A stretch of 17,206 nt of DNA. It comes from Bdellovibrionota bacterium FG-1. Its GTDB lineage: Bacteria > Bdellovibrionota > UBA1018. Below are positions 1 to 7,603 of the stretch, one piece after another. The position numbers and the translations under genes were made by a program. Numbering within the stretch: the first letter of the stretch is position 1; each line of letters opens with the position of its first letter. The notes under the pieces are model-generated. The model saw nothing but the letters and a program-made list of their open reading frames with translations, was not told the origin of the DNA and searched no databases. The stretch spans positions 1 through 17,206 of the forward strand of contig JBBCAW010000154.1 in the NCBI GenBank assembly GCA_051382295.1, in the 5' to 3' direction.

Positions 1-595
1 GCCCAGCTGATACAAAAAGCCGTTCCCGCTGCTCCCCGAAATGGGGGTATTCCAGCGGTGGTTGATTTTGACTGTAGAAGGTGGGACGAACTCGGGTCGT
101 CAAATAGGCCGTCCAGCGATGATCTTTAAGTTTCATATTCCAGGTTGTATCGAAGGCCGCAGACATCAGCATCTCTTGATAATTGCGAGAATAGCTTGTG
201 AGGGGTGGAAAGAGCGAAACCTGACCATCCAAACGAAAGACCTCATTATCCAGTAACCCCCCTTGGTGATACCAAATTTGAGGGTCATAAATCGTAAAGG
301 TCGGCTCAATGGGATAGTGAGAGGAATCTCGCACGCCGTGAACTAAATCCTGCGTGGCTGAAAGCTCAAGGCCCAGACTACTTTTGCCATTAAGCGAGTA
401 AACCGAATCCACAGTATGGTAGAAATAAATTGGCCAGGGTCCACGCGCGAACGGACTATAGGCCGTCCCGAGGGACTCACCCAGCGCCTGCCCATTGAGC
501 CGGGCAGTCCACGAAAGAGAAGGAATATTTTGAGCATGAGCCGAACTCACCCCCAAACACAATAGTAGCGCCGCCAAAACTATCCCGGGGGTCAT
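1..595 (-). CDS. Secreted hypothetical protein, probable outer-membrane beta-barrel; 3'-truncated by the window edge and not in the supplied ORF track
   Basis: Translated by hand. ATG at 595 overlaps the TGA stop of the upstream gene (ATGA, 592-595) and the frame stays open to position 1: MTPGIVLAALLLCLGVSSAHA|QNIPSLSWTARLNGQALGESLGTAYSPFARGPWPIYFYHTVDSVYSLNGKSSLGLELSATQDLVHG...FTIYDPQIWYHQGG...VFRLDGQVSLFPP...AAFDTTWNMKLKDHRWTAYLTTRVRPTFYSQ...RLFVSAG. Classic Sec signal peptide ending AHA; alternating hydrophobic/aromatic strands suggest a beta-barrel (inference). Confidence 0.85.
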   Translation of the reverse strand, partial: MTPGIVLAALLLCLGVSSAHAQNIPSLSWTARLNGQALGESLGTAYSPFARGPWPIYFYHTVDSVYSLNGKSSLGLELSATQDLVHGVRDSSHYPIEPTFTIYDPQIWYHQGGLLDNEVFRLDGQVSLFPPLTSYSRNYQEMLMSAAFDTTWNMKLKDHRWTAYLTTRVRPTFYSQNQPPLEYPHFGEQRERLFVSAG

Positions 596-2688
596 TGAAT
601 CATCCTTTTCAAAACCGTTTCCCGGTCGGCGACGAACGCCTCAATCGTGTCGATCAGAATTTTGCGCTGCCGAGAGTCAATGTCATCCGGGAGTCGCTGC
701 GAAATTTCTGGCCGAATACTGGCGAATTCAAGGTTCATCATATGGACCAGCTGCTCATAAAGCGGTTCGATTTGAGTTCTGATCTCACGTGCGACCGCTT
801 CTTTTGGCTTAGCAGGGCTATCAAAAAGAAGCGTCAGTTCTCGCCGCTTAGCTGAATAAAAGCTCTGTAAAAGCCAGATCGCATTTCGGACTGACCACGT
901 ATAAGTCTGAAGTCCAAAATTAGAGGCCTCTTGAGCTTTGTTCTGGAGCAAATAAAGAATTTCCCACTGCCGCTTCATGTAGGCGCGAAGCGCGGTCCCG
1001 TCCGTATGATCAACCTGGTTGAACAGTTTAGAGTTTTTCTTCAGTCGCTCCATAATGGTAGCGCCCTCAACTCGTGTTTTTTGAAAGGCATTGGCTATAT
1101 TTTCGAGACGTTTATAATCAGCTGGTTTCTTAAAGTCGCTTTCACGGCTTGAAAGCTTGTTCGTCATGTCCTGCAAAAGCAAGATGCTGCGCCCCATATA
1201 ATAGTCGCGATAAACCTGCTCTTTAGATTGATCCATGACTACATAGGGATGATCCAAAATATAGCGCAAAAGCTTATCCCACACATACATCTCTACCCGT
1301 CGAGTCCTAACGCTTTCATCATCAATAAATTTAATCAAATCCCCAGGAGGGCTTTTAAGACTGCCGCGTAGAATTGCGAGCTGATCGAGATAACGTTCAG
1401 TCTCCTCCCAAGTGCTGTCGACTATCATCGAAAAATTGAGTTGAGTCTCCATCTGATCCAAACGACCCATACGGGCGGCAAATTGCATGTTCTCTTCATA
1501 GCCGATTTGCATGTTCTTAAAATTGCTCATTCGATCGACCCAACTCTGACCATCGACTTCCTTAAAGTCGGTAGACAAAGGCATTCCGAGATGATGGCCG
1601 AGACTTTCTTGAGGTGGCGGCACAACCTCTGCCGCCTTCGGTGGCGCCGTAGCGACACTCGCTTCTGGCCCCACTAAGCCGGAAACCACCTGCGAAGCCC
1701 CGAGATAGGCAGATCTCACTCTTCCCACTGCCCACATGGCATGGGGATTCAAAGGTTGCGTAATAAAATAGAAGGTAAATGGCCCGTAAATAGCTAATGC
1801 CATGGAATATCCGATATTGCCCTTGACGGTTTTCAAAAACCAAATCAAGACACCAATCGTGTACTTATAGGTAAAACCACGAATATTCGAAAATGGACGT
1901 AACACTAGCCGCTGGGCTCGATTTCTAAAATCTCCGGCCCTCAGAAAAAGGCCGGCCATCAGCTTGCTGCGCCCGTGCGCGCGGCATTTGACGTCCACGA
2001 TTTTTTTCCGTTCCCCGAAAAGCTGATCGAGGACTTTTTGTCGCTCTTCCCAGCTCAAAACAAGGTCACTTTCCGCTGCAATTGCCTTTTCCCAAAGATT
2101 CAAAACGGCCGAATCGCGATGAAAGGGTAAGGCGACAGTTTTACCCAAAAAACTCTCCATGACCCTGATTTGTCGGGAGCGAGATGCGCCCAACTGGGCC
2201 TGGTCGTATTCATGGGCAAGATAATTGTAGACGTGGGACATCAGGGGACATCGCGGGTCCATCTCAATGAGATCGACATACAAGATATCTAAATAAAGCG
2301 CGTGATCCACCGACTGAAAAACGCCCGTTTCAGAATAAAGCTCCCAAATTTCCTCCCGCCCCTCGCTGTCAATAAATACCTTGTGAACCACAAAGCCACC
2401 CCAACGAAGCGGCGCAAAACCTACTTCAGCACGACAGTGCTCACCCAGGCGGTATTCATAGCCACTATAGCCATTGACCCTAAAAAATGGCAGCGTTCGA
2501 GTATTGCCGGGAAGCTTTCGGCCGCCGCCCAGACAAAAAAACTCCAAGGCTTCTTGAATCGTGTGCGTCCGAAACATAAGCCAGAGCTCAAGTTGGTCAC
2601 GATCCAGATTCAACGGCTCACCACTGAGGTGAGCGTTCCCCGCATTTATTGCAATCACGTGATCCGCATTCATCCGTCTTGTCCCCAT
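592..2688 (-). CDS. Hypothetical membrane-anchored protein (~695 aa): N-terminal soluble domain, central hydrophobic segment(s), large helical C-terminal region
   Basis: 698-aa ORF 13 nt downstream of the ATP-grasp gene, with an ATGA overlap to the next gene. Hydrophobic stretch YTIGVLIWFL...IGYSMALAIYGPFTFYFIT at ~1760-1865, followed by a Pro/Ala linker. No family recognised. The start may be ATG 2673 (MNADH). Confidence 0.85.
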   Translation of the reverse strand: MGTRRMNADHVIAINAGNAHLSGEPLNLDRDQLELWLMFRTHTIQEALEFFCLGGGRKLPGNTRTLPFFRVNGYSGYEYRLGEHCRAEVGFAPLRWGGFVVHKVFIDSEGREEIWELYSETGVFQSVDHALYLDILYVDLIEMDPRCPLMSHVYNYLAHEYDQAQLGASRSRQIRVMESFLGKTVALPFHRDSAVLNLWEKAIAAESDLVLSWEERQKVLDQLFGERKKIVDVKCRAHGRSKLMAGLFLRAGDFRNRAQRLVLRPFSNIRGFTYKYTIGVLIWFLKTVKGNIGYSMALAIYGPFTFYFITQPLNPHAMWAVGRVRSAYLGASQVVSGLVGPEASVATAPPKAAEVVPPPQESLGHHLGMPLSTDFKEVDGQSWVDRMSNFKNMQIGYEENMQFAARMGRLDQMETQLNFSMIVDSTWEETERYLDQLAILRGSLKSPPGDLIKFIDDESVRTRRVEMYVWDKLLRYILDHPYVVMDQSKEQVYRDYYMGRSILLLQDMTNKLSSRESDFKKPADYKRLENIANAFQKTRVEGATIMERLKKNSKLFNQVDHTDGTALRAYMKRQWEILYLLQNKAQEASNFGLQTYTWSVRNAIWLLQSFYSAKRRELTLLFDSPAKPKEAVAREIRTQIEPLYEQLVHMMNLEFASIRPEISQRLPDDIDSRQRKILIDTIEAFVADRETVLKRMIQ

Positions 2689-2701
2689 TTTCCCCGTCGA
2701 A

Positions 2702-5700
2702 TTACTGCTGTGTTTGGTTGTAACTGCCGCCCAAGGCTATCGCCACCAAAGGGGCGTGCAGCGTGAGATTTTCCACGGCTATTTTATGCCGCGGAAACCG
2801 CACCCCCGGATACTGATGATTCGCGATGATCCGAAGGGTTTCCCAATCAAGTTTTGCCGATCGCACCTGGCTTTGGATTTGCCCGGAGAAACGCACGCAT
2901 TGAAACGAATTTGCCGATGGCAAGGCTGATTGCACGGGATCCAGGTCCAGCTTCAAACCCAGTTCTTGCGCAAAAACAATATTCTTCGCATTTTCGAGCG
3001 CCGGTATCACTTCACGAATCGCCTTTACTTTAACCTGAACCGAAGCATCCGTTGAATAGCTGACAATCGAACCCAATTTTGAGACTTCATGATTCCAGGT
3101 CCCGGTTCCCGCCCTCAAGGCCTGGCGCATTTCAGTCACCCAATTATTTCCACGCCGGGCGTACCCCATCAGCTCAGCAAATCCATAAAGGACCTTACGA
3201 TCTAATAAAACATCAGCCGCTGCTGATTCGATGGTTCCCGATGACATTCCTAAAAAATTACCGTAAAAATTGAGAAACCGCGCAAACTCCAGTGGGCTAC
3301 CCTGAAGCGCTTCCACTTCCTGCTTCATCATCGCGCGGATTTGCTGAAAATGGACCAATTCATGACCGACGGTGTAGGCCTGAATCAAGGGATTCAGCTC
3401 AAGAGCCGTCCACGTATAGATATTACTGTCCGAAAACAAGCCATGTGCCTTTCGCTTGGTGGCAAAACATTCGCCCGCAAAGCCCGAAGTAGAAAGACCA
3501 ACCTCAGCCCGTTGCTCCGTCGAGAGCACGGCAATTCGACGATCGACTAACTTATTAGTAAACAACTCTCGGGGGGAGATGCCTTGCGTACGGGCATATT
3601 GGAGCAAGTTAAACTTGGCATAGGGTAAAATCTCCAGCATTTGCATGATCGCGCTCGCGCTGGATTGGAGAGGGCGATCGACCAGCCGTTGATATTCGGC
3701 AATAATCGGATGCTTTACAAAATGTGCCCACCGTGCAGCTTCAAGATCCTCGGGGGTTTCAGCCAAAGTTGCCAGCCAGTCGAATCGCGCTTTGCGAAGA
3801 TCTTCGGCGACAAAACCCGTTTCGGTAAGCAATTTACCCGTTCTGACTTCCTCTTCGGTGGCAATCAGTGGTTTGTAATCTAAAATATGCTCATTTTTGG
3901 CAAGCGGACGAAAAGGTTCGGCGAATAAAATGTCGAATTTCATCTCGCGTACTTTTTCGGACTTATTGAAAAGTTCTGAAAATGCTTTTCCCCCCCGCCA
4001 AATACTGAGATGGGATTGGGCAAGGAGGCAGAAAGTCTCTAATTTGAAAAGCAGGCTCTGACAGGCCGCAGGAGAAAGTACTTTCGCCGGAAAAAGTTGT
4101 TCCACTAAACTTCCAAGCGCCGCAAAAACCCGGGCCTGGTCGGCAGGCCAGACACGGACATGGCAGCAAAGGCGCTTGAGGTCCGAAATAATCTCTCGGT
4201 CTCTTTGCCGCTGTTCAGGTGTCAAAGCGTAAATTTCATTATCGGTGACATTGAGAACACTCAATTCGTCGAGCCGATTGAAAAATTCGTCAGACAAAGC
4301 CCCCTCCAGACGCTTAAGAGCCGTAACCGCCTGAATGCGCAACCTGGCACGACGCTCAAAAAAGACCCGCACCCTGGTTTTTCGGAGGTGCCGCTCAAGC
4401 GATTCAATCATTTCGTTGACTGACTCCATGTTATTAGGATGAAGAAATGAAAGAATTTCTCGGCACTGTTTGCGAAGACTAGTCACTAAAAAATAGGCAT
4501 CAACCAGTTCGACGGTCCCTACCTTGAGATGGTCGCGCAATTCTCCGACTATTTTAGCAATTTGAACGATCTGGGCCCCCGCAAAGGCCGGCAAGTCCGT
4601 CGGCGATACGGCTGGTATCTTTTTCTGGGTCAACTCCTCGACGGTCACTGAAGCGGGGTGACCGACATCATCAACGACGATCATCGGTGCATAGCCGCCA
4701 CCTTTAGAAGTGTTGACGATACTGCTCAGCGGACCCTTTTCAACAGGGGCAGTACGGATCAATCCATTATGGGTAAGACGGGGCAACGGCATTTCTGCGC
4801 CCGCGCCGTAGAATGACCACATTCGGATATCGGCGGCGATATTAGCAAAATGATAGTCCCGACAAGAATCCTTTTTTGCGATTGGAATGCGCCCAATCCG
4901 AACTAACTTTTGATACGCAAAATCCTTAGGATGGGCCTTTGCTTTGGCTAAAATTTCGCGCCGCTCTCCCAACGGGAGCGTTTTTAGAATATAGACGCCC
5001 TTTCCTCCCGAAAGATTTGGAGCTTTGATCACCCAATCTTCTGGATTTTTTGCGATGACTTCGACGGAATCGGCTTGGGAAGGAAGGGTTTCAGGGGGCG
5101 ATACGGGGAGAACTTCGTCGACATCAATCCCTAAGGTTTTTAGCTCTTTTTTGAAAAAAAGTGGGGCATAATGACAAAGAGCGGACAAGATGATCTTGTT
5201 GTCGAGAACGCGATTCAACCCACCCACATAAATTTTTCGATCTAAGATCGCTTCGATCGCACCTGGAATCATATAGCTCGACTCGAGCGGTATGGGCTGC
5301 CCTTTAGCATTGCGGAGGGGTTTGGGATGTTTAGTCGTAGCAAGCGGGTCTGTCACATAAAGGGACTTGCCCGTCTCAGCATCCCTCAGGAAAAGCTTAC
5401 GATCAGGATCAAAGAGCGCGCTGTCAGAGTTGATGCGCGAATAAATCGCCGTGACCACTGGATCACTACCGCTCACCGTGCGGAGACGAATAAAGCCTGC
5501 GGAATCCTGGTAGAGTTGTCCGGAATCCGTGTAGATGAGTCCGCTATACATTGCCAGTTGGTGAATTTCTGGGGCAGCGCCGCTTTCACCCCCTGGTGGC
5601 AAGACAATTTGGACACCATCACGCACACCTGTCCAAGTCTCCCCTAGAGACCGATAGGTCGCACCTAAAATTTGGAAATGGTCGTTAGGCATCACCTTTC

Positions 5701-6448
5701 CCATGGTTCCGAGAGCTTCCGGATCAAACTTCTTGAGACCCTCAAGAATGTGTAAATTATTGGAGGCACCCGAAGGTGAGCCTGCATTGATTTCCAGAAT
5801 ACGGAAGGGCAATGCCTGCGAGATCGGACGAGGACCACGGGCCACGGCATCACCCAAGTCTTCAGTCAAAACAAGATCCAAACCGACCACATCAAAGAAC
5901 GGGTAATTTCGCATGACCGGGTCATGGAGTTGTGGAAAATATTGGGGCGACTTCTCTACAGCATTAATAAAAAGGCGCCGAACTTCATCCGGAAGAGCTT
6001 GAACAAACGCTGACTTTCGGACGCTTTGGGATCCATAAATATCTTGAAGCACTAAACGGAGAGCGGCGACCAAAACTTGGGCTGAACGCTCAAGCGTATC
6101 AAACAGTGATTTAGGAACAGGGAGGGGCGTCGTCGTACAAGGCACGGCAAAAATACGATATTCGCCGGATTTGGTGAGTTTAGAAAAAGTCATCTCACGC
6201 TTGCGCAAAAAATCAGTCAAGGCTTGATTTCGGCGGTGCTGTTCTTCGGCGGGCCGGGAAAGCACAAGATCAACAAGTTCTCGACAATGCGGATAGCCTA
6301 CCGCGTGGCCCTTAAATCCGGCCGAAACGCGCGAGGTAAAAAGGTAGTTCGGAACTTTCAATTCTTGACTGCCGATATACCCCATGTGGGGAAGGTATTG
6401 GGTAGGTAGGTGACCGCGTAATAGCTCAGGCTGTTCATCGAAAAGCAT
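2702..6448 (-). CDS. Circularly permuted type 2 ATP-grasp (peptide ligase) protein fused to a helical region and a C-terminal HExxH zincin-like domain
   Basis: Ordered motifs of the circularly permuted ATP-grasp family (CP_ATPgrasp_2-like): LQDIYG, VGLDLV, ILEINAGSPSGAS, VLPPG..SGAAPE, AIYSRINSD, VLDNK, WVIKAPNLSGGKG, AYQ, ADIRMW, GLIR, IVNTSKGGG. YTVGHELVHFQQ lies near the C-terminus (HELVH at 3350-3364). ATG 6448 preferred over TTG 6463 because of GGAGG at 6453-6457 and the promoter position. Confidence 0.88.
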   Translation of the reverse strand: MLFDEQPELLRGHLPTQYLPHMGYIGSQELKVPNYLFTSRVSAGFKGHAVGYPHCRELVDLVLSRPAEEQHRRNQALTDFLRKREMTFSKLTKSGEYRIFAVPCTTTPLPVPKSLFDTLERSAQVLVAALRLVLQDIYGSQSVRKSAFVQALPDEVRRLFINAVEKSPQYFPQLHDPVMRNYPFFDVVGLDLVLTEDLGDAVARGPRPISQALPFRILEINAGSPSGASNNLHILEGLKKFDPEALGTMGKVMPNDHFQILGATYRSLGETWTGVRDGVQIVLPPGGESGAAPEIHQLAMYSGLIYTDSGQLYQDSAGFIRLRTVSGSDPVVTAIYSRINSDSALFDPDRKLFLRDAETGKSLYVTDPLATTKHPKPLRNAKGQPIPLESSYMIPGAIEAILDRKIYVGGLNRVLDNKIILSALCHYAPLFFKKELKTLGIDVDEVLPVSPPETLPSQADSVEVIAKNPEDWVIKAPNLSGGKGVYILKTLPLGERREILAKAKAHPKDFAYQKLVRIGRIPIAKKDSCRDYHFANIAADIRMWSFYGAGAEMPLPRLTHNGLIRTAPVEKGPLSSIVNTSKGGGYAPMIVVDDVGHPASVTVEELTQKKIPAVSPTDLPAFAGAQIVQIAKIVGELRDHLKVGTVELVDAYFLVTSLRKQCREILSFLHPNNMESVNEMIESLERHLRKTRVRVFFERRARLRIQAVTALKRLEGALSDEFFNRLDELSVLNVTDNEIYALTPEQRQRDREIISDLKRLCCHVRVWPADQARVFAALGSLVEQLFPAKVLSPAACQSLLFKLETFCLLAQSHLSIWRGGKAFSELFNKSEKVREMKFDILFAEPFRPLAKNEHILDYKPLIATEEEVRTGKLLTETGFVAEDLRKARFDWLATLAETPEDLEAARWAHFVKHPIIAEYQRLVDRPLQSSASAIMQMLEILPYAKFNLLQYARTQGISPRELFTNKLVDRRIAVLSTEQRAEVGLSTSGFAGECFATKRKAHGLFSDSNIYTWTALELNPLIQAYTVGHELVHFQQIRAMMKQEVEALQGSPLEFARFLNFYGNFLGMSSGTIESAAADVLLDRKVLYGFAELMGYARRGNNWVTEMRQALRAGTGTWNHEVSKLGSIVSYSTDASVQVKVKAIREVIPALENAKNIVFAQELGLKLDLDPVQSALPSANSFQCVRFSGQIQSQVRSAKLDWETLRIIANHQYPGVRFPRHKIAVENLTLHAPLVAIALGGSYNQTQQ

Positions 6449-6471
6449 TTGGCCTCCGTTCAAGATGGCTT

Positions 6472-6500
6472 CTTATAACCGTAATATTGCGGTGTGTCAA
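6472..6500 (-). promoter_or_regulatory. sigma70-type promoter of the ATP-grasp operon
   Basis: Minus strand reads TTGACA (6500-6495), 17 nt, TATAAG (6477-6472), about 25 nt upstream of ATG 6448, with an AT-rich tract further upstream. Confidence 0.75.
6478..6493. promoter_or_regulatory. 16-bp palindrome filling the promoter spacer; candidate operator
   Basis: ACCGTAATATTGCGGT versus its reverse complement ACCGCAATATTACGGT: 7 of 8 pairs match. It lies between the -35 and -10 boxes. Confidence 0.5.
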
Positions 6501-6584
6501 TAAACGGTGAGATTTTTTTGCCCTGTTTAACTTACTGTAATTATTAGTGAATTTATTTTTTAAAAAATAGATCCCGTTTTTCTT

Positions 6585-6613
6585 TTGACACGACGCAAAC
6601 CCTTTATTAAACA
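6585..6613 (+). promoter_or_regulatory. Possible sigma70 promoter of the glutaminase gene
   Basis: Perfect TTGACA at 6585-6590, 17 nt, then a weak -10 (TAAACA). AAGAGGG RBS-like site at 6628-6634. Confidence 0.3.
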
Positions 6614-6641
6614 GCCACAAAACAAAAAAGAGGGTTCCAAA

Positions 6642-7553
6642 ATGGCCAACAAGTGGTCTTTCACGTTTATTTATTTAATTTCATTGATGTATTCCCAGAT
6701 TGCTGGGGCCGCACCCTTAGCTGCCGTGAATACGCGCGTTCACGATCTCATTGCGCCTGATCAAACCTTGAATGCATGGCAGGTGCTTTCGACCTCGGAT
6801 GGACGGGTCTATCAGGTTAAACCGGCGCAAAAAGACGTTCTTGCTGAACTCCAAAAAGCAGTCGCGACTAAAAGTGCGATCAAATTGATGGTCGATGGCG
6901 ATAACGTCCTATCCGTTAAAGCATCAGATGGTATCGCACCGGAGAAGGATATCGTCGCGCAATCCCTCATGGGATTGACGGCTAAGGCTCCGGACTCTCA
7001 AATGCCGGCTGATTCTCTTGGCTATCAGCCCACGAATCTGGATTCCCTGGGTCAGGCTAATCAGTTTTTTGATTCACTTCGGACGTTGAGATATAAGTCA
7101 CAATGCTATCAACGCGCCCATTATTGGGCTCATCAATTGTGGGAATCAAACAGTGTTTATAGCATGAAGGTCTTCATGTTCTTTACGCGGCGGTTTGTTC
7201 GTGAACATCGATATCATTGGTGGTTTCACGTCGCCCCCTTCGTTTATGTGCAGGGCGCCGAAATCGTATTAGATCCTCAATTTACAAAATCCCCATTGGC
7301 AATGCATACGTGGACTGATGTTTTTATGATGGATCAGGGAACTGTCAGGCCTCCACTCTTCGACAGCCCAGAATGTCCTAGTGTTGCCAATTACAAGGCT
7401 TATGAAGACAATCAGGAGACGCAATTCTGCTACCTTCTGAAGCTACCCATGTATTACTACCAGCCACTGGATGCAGAAAAACTTGCAGAAGAAGGCGCTC
7501 GTATTGACAGCTGGCGCGCTTGGGACCTCGCACACAGCAAAAGAGCCGAATAA
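6642..7553 (+). CDS. Secreted protein-glutamine glutaminase family protein (papain-like/transglutaminase fold, Cys-His-Asp triad)
   Basis: Signal peptide MANKWSFTFIYLISLMYSQIAGA. Motifs QCYQRAHYW (Cys 7104-7106), WWFHVAP (His 7227-7229) and IVLDP (Asp 7272-7274) parallel the CYARAH / WxYHVA / IIDP motifs of Chryseobacterium protein-glutaminase. ATG 6642 with an RBS is preferred over TTG 6585. Confidence 0.82.
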   Translation: MANKWSFTFIYLISLMYSQIAGAAPLAAVNTRVHDLIAPDQTLNAWQVLSTSDGRVYQVKPAQKDVLAELQKAVATKSAIKLMVDGDNVLSVKASDGIAPEKDIVAQSLMGLTAKAPDSQMPADSLGYQPTNLDSLGQANQFFDSLRTLRYKSQCYQRAHYWAHQLWESNSVYSMKVFMFFTRRFVREHRYHWWFHVAPFVYVQGAEIVLDPQFTKSPLAMHTWTDVFMMDQGTVRPPLFDSPECPSVANYKAYEDNQETQFCYLLKLPMYYYQPLDAEKLAEEGARIDSWRAWDLAHSKRAE

Positions 7554-7575
7554 GCGTTAGATGACTAGCGCAGGA

Positions 7576-7603
7576 TAAAAAGATGACTCATGGAGGAGTC
7601 ATC
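7576..7603 (-). terminator. Rho-independent terminator after the 7602..8405 gene
   Basis: Stem GATGACTC (7582-7589) / GAGTCATC (7596-7603) with a 6-nt loop, followed on the minus strand by TTTTTA. Lies between convergent genes. Confidence 0.6.

Noticed and set aside
343..537. 64-aa minus-strand ORF (and 41..256 on the plus strand) from the track
   Set aside because: They overlap the longer signal-peptide-bearing frame starting at 595, which explains the region better.
6435..6620. 61-aa ORF as a leader or precursor peptide for the ATP-grasp ligase
   Set aside because: It spans the AT-rich divergent promoter region, starts upstream of the predicted promoter, lacks an RBS and has no acidic core motif.
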